A stretch of 64,000 nucleotides of DNA, from contig OZ037766.1 in NCBI GenBank assembly GCA_964035545.1, positions 20,696,767 to 20,760,766 of the forward strand, given 5' to 3'. Source of the DNA: Bugula neritina (Eukaryota; Animalia; Bryozoa). Shown one piece after another: positions 54,301-64,000 of this stretch. The notes below the pieces were generated by a model. The model saw nothing but the letters and a program-made list of their open reading frames with translations. It did not search any database and was not told the origin of the DNA. The stretch's first letter is position 1; every line of letters starts with the position of its first letter. The position numbers and the translations under genes were made by a program.

Positions 54301-57131
54301 CTGTGTCTAAGCGGCGTCCAAACCATTAAATGCGGGCTAAATTCTCAATGTTTTTTAGAGTTCTTTCTCACAAATTTTTAAGACAAAACCATGTTTTCGA
54401 TATTTTAATCATATTACATTTGTTTTTGCAAGTAAAATTCTTTAAAAGGTATCTCCAACAATTTGAACGGTGCACAAATTAGACCTGTTTTGCACTAAAG
54501 CATGTTTTTCAATAATGCTGAAATACATTATTCTTTTTGTCCCTGGCCTGAAAGCTGTCCTCTGTAATTCCTAAATTTTCATTTGCATTGGAAATTTTTA
54601 TAGACGGATCTTATTTGGATTCTGGACTTTTCTCTTTCTTTGATAAACCTGTTGTGCATTGTTCAAAACTACTGCCTTTTATAACTGAACTAAAGTCCAC
54701 AACATGTTGAGTAATGTTGAAACTAAACACTACAGAAATGGTGTTTATTTGTACTCTAGTAAGTGCAATATTATATGGGTTATCTGATTTTTTTATAGAT
54801 CTAAAGTTCTACAACAGCTTGCCCCATAATAACCAGTCTACCCTGTTTTCCAAACTGCTGGCACCAAAACATGTCAAGCCAGAGGTGTGTATAGCTATTT
54901 AATGTTATTGGATTCTCAATCTACTGTTACTAATTTAGCCTCTTCTGATAGGTGAAATAATACAAAAGGTTTGAATGTTGCAGATATTTCAGCTGCTGGC
55001 TGAGGTCGCAGACGATATGTACAACCTGTCCCTCTCTGATCTTAGTCCTCACAATGTGAATATAATGACTGCTGATGTATATGCCAACTTCATTCAACTC
55101 GCACTCAACATGGATGATGTTGATAAGGCATAGTATGTCAGAATCTTTACCTTCGGCTGTCTTAGAAATAGTTTATCACTTGAAGGTTTTGCTGTCTATT
55201 TTTTATAAAAAATACTTTTTAGTAATTAGGTGTACCTTCATTCCTAAAAGCCGCCTACTTTTGCGAAAAAAAATATACTCATAGCGATGTTGGTTGATTA
55301 TATAATATTGACTAGGCAACCTACCTCAAAGATTCTCACATATTTAATGGAGTTTAGGGTTTTTATAATGCTTACTTTCTCATGCAGAAAATATTTTCAT
55401 GTGTTGAAGATGATAATTAATCCAGCAAAAGTAAGACTTGCATACTAAATCACCACTGCGGTGTCTGACAACTTTTATTAAAACTTAGTAATGCTACCTT
55501 AAAGTATAAAAACTACACAAGTTATGACTTGTATAGAGTTTGTTGGTGCATTGAATGTTTAGGCCAGTCAACCGTATATTTTGCGTTTGTTATTTTGCCA
55601 CCATCTATGAATTACTGCTGATGACTACATATCATTGTAGTGATTGGTTCATGAAGTATAGATCGGCCAATCATATGAAGCGTAACCTTGAGAAGTCTAC
55701 CAGTCTGGTGCAGCTAGCTGAGAAGCTGTTCACATCCGAGAAGTATGAGGAAACACTGGTAAGACATTTATTCACTTCTAATCTGTCGGTAATGACATTT
55801 GTAAACTTGTATGTAAATGTTTCAATGTGTAAAACATTTAACATTGCAATATCGTTGGTTTGACCAAAGCTCTCTGTCCATCAAGAGATAGATATTAATG
55901 AAAGTGCACTACACTTTTTTCTACTGATTCTGGCAAACTTTTTCTTGTTTTGTACCCTTTTTTGGATAATGAAACACTTAATGGCTTTGTGATGGCAACA
56001 GTTTTCACAACAATAGTACTGTTGTCGAGTTTTTGTGGTGAAATATTATTTGTTGAATGAACTGATCTAATTTGGTCTATTTGCTTTAAATATTTGGCTA
56101 CTTTAGGACATTGACCAAAATTTCATTTTGGTGACATCAAAACTGCCACATCTGTCATAGAATTTATGTATATTTTTAATACATGTTTCAGTGGAAGTAT
56201 TGCACATAATTTCCTAGTATAGAAATTGCATATGTGAAATCTAGGTTGTAGAATGCCTCCGAAAAGCAATGCCATAAATGGGCATCAGAAATTTAAACCC
56301 TTATGTTTATCACATTAAAATATTTTATTAAAGTACTCAGTTTTAATTTTGTGCATATTTTGTACAAAGTTTAAGTCAGACTTTTTGCACCAAATTTATT
56401 CAACTGCCAACAGCTGGGTTCGAAACTTACTGCTTTATAATTTCTCTCATCTTATAGTGATGCAAATTTATCGGGTATGGAGAGTTGTCTTCTCAGGTGG
56501 GATTCATTGTTGATTTTGCTCTTGTTATTAGACAGTGCTCCAAGCATTAGCTGATCTACACTTTCATGAAGATATAACAAAGATTACAGAAAAGTGTTCA
56601 TTCCCAGAAGATTTTAAGTTAGTATGCTTATACATATACATTTCGATGGGTTTTGTCTTGACAGCTTTGTATTATTATGATTATACATTCTAAGAAAGTT
56701 AAACACATCTTATGCTGTTGAGTTGGCAAGTTCTTTCTGCAATTTTAAAATCATCACCGTTAATTTCACTCTCACACAACTCATTCAGGTTTATAGTCAC
56801 TATCCCTATGAGAAACCCCTGATGGAAATAGTTTTTTGTTGAAGCCAGCTAAGGACTTATTCATATGCAGCACAAGAGCAATTGAGACTGGATGCTCTTC
56901 CTAGTATCACCAATGGATCGTTTACTGGGCATCGAACCCATGACCTTAGATTTACTAAACCAGCACTCTAAACCCCTAGACCACATTAATTTGACTGTGG
57001 TAAATAAAATTGAATATTATGTAATAAATTGACGATTTTCATTTTGTAGAGAAAGGGTGGAGCTGCTAAATCCTAACTCAGCTCAAGATTCCAGCCGAAA
57101 AAACTTCAGGCGCCAAAATACTGACTTATAA
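45382..57131 (+). CDS. PTCD3: Pentatricopeptide repeat domain-containing protein 3 / mitoribosomal small-subunit protein mS39, about 671 aa, 20 coding exons
   Basis: Exons 45382-45473, 46126-46233, 46568-46613, 47089-47160, 47820-47924, 48745-48859, 49751-49880, 50015-50163, 50632-50714, 50862-51012, 51605-51742, 52318-52346, 52582-52688, 52959-53037, 53562-53652, 54799-54884, 54984-55132, 55641-55758, 56532-56617, 57050-57131 (2016 nt, in phase). Arg/Ser-rich presequence; IEIPARVHREPTSILRALADTV, IDDP, EEALKERL, IRPNLQTFNNIL, EM...IEPSPATYYHLL match PTCD3. Confidence 0.93.
48282..48722. repeat. 23-bp minisatellite (about 19 units) in PTCD3 intron 5
   Basis: Unit actgta[c/t]ctagcaatgt[a/t]tcagc, itself a 12+11 bp dimer. 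Confidence 0.95.
48832..49432. repeat. 48-bp minisatellite (12 full units plus 1 partial) overlapping the PTCD3 exon 6 / intron 6 junction
   Basis: Unit aatatatacagtaatatgatagcagaag|gtgtgtatagttttacttgt; units 4, 6 and 9 are 47 bp. Confidence 0.97.
50309..50406. repeat. 11-bp tandem repeat (ATAGGTAAGGT)n in PTCD3 intron 8
   Basis: About 9 units, six containing AGGTAAG. Confidence 0.93.
53767..53912 (-). repeat. Dispersed repeat of about 150 bp (copy 2)
   Basis: Reverse-complement similarity to 5625-5770. Confidence 0.8.
56842..56985 (-). mobile_element. tRNA-derived SINE (family 1)
   Basis: Minus strand gtggtctagggg (A box) ... gggttcgatgccc (B box) ... ggaagagcatccagtctcaattg ... aataagtccttagc; homologous to 24083-24233. 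Confidence 0.75.
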
Positions 57132-57940
57132 TCAAATACAATTTGTAAGCAGAGTTGAAATTGTTTTTATTACTTATTTAAATAAATTAAATAGCTTGAA
57201 ATGTGAAACTGTAATAAAATGACAAAATTATGTGTGAATTGTTAATATAAACTAAAAAACATTAGACGTCAGAAGTTGTTTTTCTGATAACATTGAGCAA
57301 TGCTTGGTTTTACTTGTAGTATATTTGAACAATTACCTAATACAATAATAATAATAAAAACATATTAAAAGAATAAAAACCGGTTTCACAGTAATGATGT
57401 ATAGTATAATGAAAAAATTGATTATAAGTTACGGTTACCTAAAGCAACAACAGAAATTAACATTGATAAAGTTAAAGTTAGTTCTAACTTTGGGTTAGAT
57501 TTATATATCTTATGGTAAACATACTTATTAACCTAATTCATAAAAAATTGAATTAAAAGTATATTGATTTGGTCTACACTAATGGCTTGGACCTGGCAAT
57601 TGGCAAAAAGTACTGCAAAAATGTCTAATTTAACAATTGGCAGACTGGTCATGATTGCGTTTGAAAATTATAAAGGTGTTTAATGATTGAATTCACAGAA
57701 ATGGTTATGAATTGCCAATTATTACAAATAAAATGAGAGGAATGAATATTGTAAATTATCCAGTGTTAAATGTTAGTCATAGCAATAGAGTAATTATGTT
57801 TCCTGAAATCAGCTAAAAATATCAAACATGAATTTATCTTTAGGTTACACATGGTTGTCTAGTTTAAGTTAGGTCTCTGAAAGATATTGCTTACTAATGC
57901 CCCACCACATTATCACATGACCAATGCACTAACTAGCCTG

Positions 57941-60900
57941 TCAGGATGTTGCAGGTTGAGCTCGCATGACCTTGAAGACGACTCGGGCTATCTTTTCATA
58001 AGTCATAAACATTAGCGCTGCCATCAAAATAGTTTGCAATAATTTGGCTTCTATTCCTTTGTAAAAACCTTTCCAGCCGGCTGTCCTGAAAACCAATGAC
58101 TGAAATGTTATGGACCACAAAATATACAATTGGCAAAAAGCTGTAAAACTAAGTTCACAATACAAAGAAAATTGTGAGATATATCTTGCCCCACTGAAAC
58201 GAGTAAGTTTCATATATGGTTTCATGAAAATTACAAGGAATGGATTATTTGCCAGAATTCTCTTTTGAATAATAAGGTTAGTCTGGTGGAAACTTTGTAA
58301 TACAGCAGAATTTTAGCAGTGTAAAACAGCAATTGAAACACTACTAGGAGGGGAGGGGGGACCTACATCACCAAATCTGCCTAAATCTACACTGACTATT
58401 TTAGCACCCCTCTACTGAGTTGATAATGTCAAACGCATGATTTTCTATCTTTATTCTAACCTCCCTATACTCAAAAAAGCAATCTAGTTGAGAGCAGCTT
58501 TTACTAAGCAGGCAGATGTATAATATAAGAATAATGGCCTTTGCAGCAACTTTGTTCCGCTTTACTGTTGCACTAGATTGGACTTGCATTTACCCTTATA
58601 TAAATGCAACTTGTATAGAATTTGTAAACAAACAAAAAAGAAAGTAAAATACAAATGCCTTACAGATTATTATATACCTGATCACATGATTGATGCAGTG
58701 GGTGAAGCTCATGTTTTTTCTTCCATCTTTACTTTGTGCCTGAAAAAAACAGTTTATTAAAATACTCAATATTCAATATGGGGTATCAGTAGTAGCTGTA
58801 ACATAGCGGGTTTACTATTTCATGAACATATTATGACGATGGTAAATTACAAACTGGACATGAAACAGGTTATGTCACAATGAATCGAACAAGCAATGGA
58901 CATGGTACTCATGAACTAGTGTTTAATATATATAATATTACAGAATTTCTATAGCTTAGTTCTCACCCTCATTCTTGATTGGATAACCTGAACAGGATAA
59001 GTAACTAGTGTGGCTACAGCTTTAGCCATTGCACCAATAAGAAACAGAGTGCCAGTTCCCAGGTCTCGAGTCTTTAACATTTGAATAAACTTTCTTTTCA
59101 ATGCTTCATAGACAACAAACTGAATAGTAGGATTACAAACTAAGAGTAGTGATGGGCCGGTACCATTCCACAATGCACCCACGCCTTCCTTCTCCAATAT
59201 CTTAGAAAAACAATCTAAAATATATTTTAAATTTTGAATAATAATGACAGTTTGTAGATTGTAGAGTGAGAGGAGACAAATATAGATGATATGCCTACCT
59301 GGTATCAGTTTCGAAAAATCTTTCAATAATAAATATTAAATATAATAAGTGAACTTTTGAGTAAAATCCCAGACTTCCATTTTCATTAACAATGTAAAAA
59401 ACAACTTATAAGACACTTTGACATACAAAAACGCTGAAATTGCAGTCAAACAGAAACAAAATCATCATTGAAACAAATTGAAAATAAATTCTACAACAAG
59501 CAATTTGTTTGTAATTAAATTGTGATCTACTTGAGATTTAAAAAATTGTATGATACAATAAAGTACAATAACGGTTCCATTCATACACTACCTGTTGAAC
59601 TACAACCTGGACAATAAGAAGTAGAATAAAATGATTTTACTCACCAAGTATGCCATGATATTGGGTGTCAGCTGCTGAAGTACCAGCTTTCTTGCCTTGT
59701 AGCTTCAGTCTAGTGTTCACCACCCACATAGGGGTAGTCACCAGCACATTAATAACTCCTGAAATTTATTTAATTCAATATCTCTTATTGCGAAAATATA
59801 ATATATAATTCAATATGTTGTTACTACGCACAGGAGCGAAACACATAATACAAAATTAGTAAATATACTGGTGAATAAACCTTTTTAGCAAATATATAAT
59901 CCAATAAAATTTTTATGGACACCATTAGGTATACATCTTAAATAATTCAACTTTTTATACTTTTGAGCTACAACTGAAAAATCTAATGTTGAATAAGCAC
60001 GCTTGACAACACTAATAGCCAATTCTTATAATAAATGTAAATAAATCTTTAAGGTAAGCTGAATTTTGGTTTTATACATCGCTAATTGCTAGTCTCTCTT
60101 GCTATTTAAAGTAGTATTGTGGCATTTAGTACATTACTAAGAGTCATCCCATCTTACAAAATATAGCTGATAGAGCAGATAACTCTGTCAAATTTTAAAC
60201 TCGTTCACTATATCAACCTTTTACCTGCAAGACTGGCTGCTGCGAGATCCTTCCATCCAGACGGTTTCTTGGTGCCGTAGAATGCTAATTTCAAAAAATT
60301 ATATGAGTAAAAGTAGACAAAGTTTGAACACCAGAGTGAAGTGATAACAGGATGCCAACCTTTATACAAGCCTTTTCTGTAAACACACAATGTAAGAACA
60401 TAATTATATTATATAATATATAGACTGGGCACCAATTTCTCCTGGCCTATAGCCTACTAGTTATACTAGAAACCTTCAAGTACTTCAAAAGATTGCAAGT
60501 CTTGCATATTTATAAACACATTTTGCAGGGCATGGTGTAATTGCATAACACTAGTGCATAACACAATATTAACACACAATGATGTATAATATTATAATGA
60601 TATGTTATTATGCAATAGAATGAGTATTTAGATACCCTCTGGCCTCTATCATGGGCTTTCCATGTACCGATCTCAGAATTAATTATAATGAACTGTTTGT
60701 TTTGAAAATGGCATAGTGCAGGCTTTAAATTCAAATGTTTCACTAGAACATAAAAAGATTGGGTCAAAGCAGCGATTAGATTTTAGACGTAACATAGATA
60801 AGCTTAGCTTGAACTAATGAAGATAATTTGTTATCTTAACATGCTGATACAAAACATGCCTTCATATCTCTATTGCTTAACATATTAAATCTAGAGGAAA

Positions 60901-61799
60901 TAGAGTAATGGTCGAGATGTCACATCTATGCTCACTCTCTCCTCTATCACAACATAAACTTCTTGAACCTTACTTACAATCCATGTTGCCTGACGACCTC
61001 TTCGATAACTTCAGATATGGTTTTGCGTTGGGAAGAATCATCAACTACAAATATATGCTCATACATCTTTACAGCTGAATAATATATAGTTGAATATAAA
61101 GTTTAATAAATAAATAAAAGTATACCCAATCCCGCCACCTGATCAGGACATGCCAGTGAAAGGTGAGCAAAGGTGTACCCAATAGGTATTGAATTATAGA
61201 GGGTTCCACTAAAAATTAAATGCAAAGTTTTTCAAATAGATAAAACTGTATAAATCTATTTAAGTGACTACCTTGTAAAATAATCCGTACTGTATCCAAA
61301 GGATAAAAGACAGTCATTGCTGTAAATCCACCCTAAAATAGTAAAGAAAGTGTAGTGAAAAAATTACTGTGCCCAGACCGAGTTACAACTTCTTCTTCAC
61401 CTAAAGAACCAGCATCACTTCCAGGTTCTTTCCTTCAGAAGTTTTAAAAGCCAATTACAACCCACCCCCCCCCCCTCGAGTAAGCCATAGCCTAAACTCT
61501 AAAGCAACCCATAGCTAAAGTGTGAATTATCTAGAATTTTGAAAGTTTCAATTAATGCTCTGATTCCAACACCCATTTGAGCTTTTGCAATAAGCAAATA
61601 GATTATAATTTAATCCAGGAAACAAATCGATGGAACCACCCTGCCCCTCCACACCATTGAAAAAGTTATTTCTCTAGCATTAGTTTGCATGCATGTCTAC
61701 ACTAATGTTAGAAAGTTCTGAACTTACCGTAGCTCCGGCCACTGCGTGAACCAAACTATCATACGAAAGAACATCTTTGAGATTTTTCTGCCAATCCAT
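57941..61799 (-). CDS. SLC25A17: Peroxisomal membrane protein PMP34 (SLC25 carrier), about 306 aa, 8 coding exons
   Basis: Exons 61799-61728, 61332-61272, 61044-60978, 60376-60225, 59758-59645, 59214-58967, 58739-58678, 58085-57941 (921 nt, in phase). [81 protein letters not shown] are typical of PMP34. Confidence 0.95.
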
Positions 61800-62759
61800 A
61801 CTTCACCTTTTTAAACATTTGTTGTTATCTCTAAGATTCAGACAACTAAAACCATAAAAAGAGTTATTACAAACACCTAATATATTCAGTCAACACGATA
61901 CTTGGGACATTATATTACTTCTTGTAACATAACCAATCCAGTTGTTACATTACTATGACTATGAGGTTTTAGAAACAATAGGATATGTGGACACACCTTT
62001 TTACATAGGAAAAATAACTAGAGAGTCATTTATAGAGTGGCAATGCCATAGCAATTGTATTTTAATACAGTCCAGTTTAGAACAAACAAAATGTGTTGTA
62101 CGTTAAGATTATTAACGTTGAGTTTGAAAAAATATTTTCCTTTTGCAGTGAAAATGAACTTCTAAAAAAGCAATGAAATTAATGCTCACTAAAATAGAAA
62201 GAGTCAACAGGTACTACTTTATTTGTTTATATTGTAATTATGATTATTCACATCTGGGAAAATCACACTCTTTTAAACACGTTTGCACAATTATAACTTC
62301 AATTTAGAAATTGAAAAAAATGACATTTTGTAAACCCAAAATTTTACTACTTATTCATTCAAAATATCCTTTTTATTTTTTTCTAAAAACAATAAGGTAT
62401 AATTTCCACTTCTTGTGTCAATATTATGGAACTAGAAATTGGAAAAAATTTATAGTGGGCTGTTGACTTTTCAAATTTATGTTTAATTAGAAAGTAAAGT
62501 CTAACAACTGGTAACAAGTAGGAAATACCAACTGGGTCATCAACTTCACTCAACTAAGTCAGCAGCTATTAGCTATTAATCTGGATACTAGTTATATTTA
62601 TTATTTATAAGAGCAAATTGAAATACATCTAATCTGTCAAGAATTGAAGAGAACTCGATCAGCCTCACATAGGTAACAACTGCAAGTAACTTGAAAACAA
62701 TCTAAAAATTATAATGACTAAATTGCAATTTTTCATTCTAGCTTTTAGTTTTAGTAAAA

Positions 62760-63290
62760 TGTAACACTAACAGTAATACTAATACTAATACTGGTAATAC
62801 TAACAGTAATTAATAGTAATACTAATAGTAATAGTAATACTAAAAGTAATAGCAATAGTAAAACTAAAACATTACTGTTACACTTTACAGTTACTAACTG
62901 TAAAGTGTTACTAAAAGTAAAACTAAAAGTAAATCTAAAAGTAATACATTTAATGATTTATACTAATAATAATAGACTAATACTAACAGCAAAATTAAAA
63001 CTAAATGTAATACTAAAACTAAAAGTAAAAGTAAAACTGAAAGTAAAATAAAATCCTTCAATTTTATAATGATAATCAAAATGAAATTACTGAACACAGT
63101 GATTGTGAAAATCAAAATGATATAACAATTACAAATAATCATAATAAAATATAATATTTATAATAATCATAATGATAATGGTCATCTCATCAGTATCTGC
63201 TACTTGACTTAGTATAAGTAACTACTAGTAACACTAATAGTAATACTAGTAATAGTAATTACTAGCGGGAACAATAATTATAATATTAAT
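62760..63290. repeat. Degenerate (ANT)n/hexamer low-complexity tract
   Basis: agtaatactaatact..., aaaagtaaaactaaaagt. Confidence 0.8.
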
Positions 63291-63739
63291 ATCAATATGC
63301 AACAACAGCATGCACGGTGCATGCATAGAATTAGATCGGCTGTTTCAGTTCAGTGATTGGATCAAGCTGTGGGCACTGCCAATAACATCAAGTTTCGCGC
63401 ACAATATCGCCAGACTGATAATCGTGCCGGAAAGCAGGCCGGCTCAACAACTGAAACAACCAGGTATATAAGTTACTGGTTATTAGACCCTTTCGCACCT
63501 CCAAATGCATGTGAACTGGAAATTCTAGGTTTGTAAATACAATTACAATCACAATGTCTATTGTGATATAATCATAATCCAATTCGATGGTCAATTTTAA
63601 ACGAATAACTACAAAAACCCTGAGAGGTAACAGCTATCAAAATCAAGGCATTCATTGCACATATCCCAATCGTTAGTTTGACAAATTGAAATTTAATTCA
63701 TGTCTATTCAGTCTATTCTATTCAATTTCATAATTCAAC

Positions 63740-64000
63740 TACTACGTCTACTAGTACTAGTACTAGTAGCAGTACTACTAATACTACGTCTACTAGGTCT
63801 ATTATCGAATAATTAAATAATATTTATACTTATAGTTATACTTATAGTTAATGTTATACTAGTAGGTGATAGTTATAAATATAATAATATTAATACTGTT
63901 TATAGTTATAGTTATACTTGAATTACTTGTACTTGTAGTTAAACTTTAAGACTATCACTATATTCTCTATAGAGTAAAGACAAACTTAGGGAGTATAGTC
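63740..64000. repeat. Degenerate (ANT)n/hexamer low-complexity tract
   Basis: actagtactagtactagt..., atagttatacttatagtt. Confidence 0.75.

Overview
AT-rich, intron-containing genomic DNA from an invertebrate animal (GT-AG introns, microsatellites, tRNA-derived SINE remnants, MITEs); it is not prokaryotic and has no CRISPR array. I reconstructed six protein-coding genes exon by exon with consistent splice phases: an RGK-family (Rem/Rad/Gem) small GTPase (+, 2462-4634); two tandem paralogues of the mitochondrial 2-oxodicarboxylate carrier SLC25A21/ODC (-, 14164-23710 and 32361-38977); a single-exon GT31 beta-1,3-galactosyltransferase between them (-, 28622-29566); PTCD3/mS39 (+, 45382-57131, 20 coding exons); and the peroxisomal carrier SLC25A17/PMP34 (-, 57941-61799). 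The main observations are: (1) the second ODC paralogue has an intact frame but substituted substrate-contact residues, suggesting a different substrate; (2) a short gene-conversion tract has homogenised only exon 4 and adjacent intron between the paralogues; (3) a 48-bp minisatellite duplicates the 3' end and splice donor of a PTCD3 coding exon about 13 times; (4) long degenerate 3/6-bp-periodic (ANT/TNA) tracts lie upstream of the housekeeping genes, bracketing candidate promoter cores; (5) a Harbinger-like MITE carrying YY1/NRF1/CRE/CCAAT motifs sits between the divergent mitochondrial genes. Gene names come from motif recognition and remembered family alignments, not from a database search.
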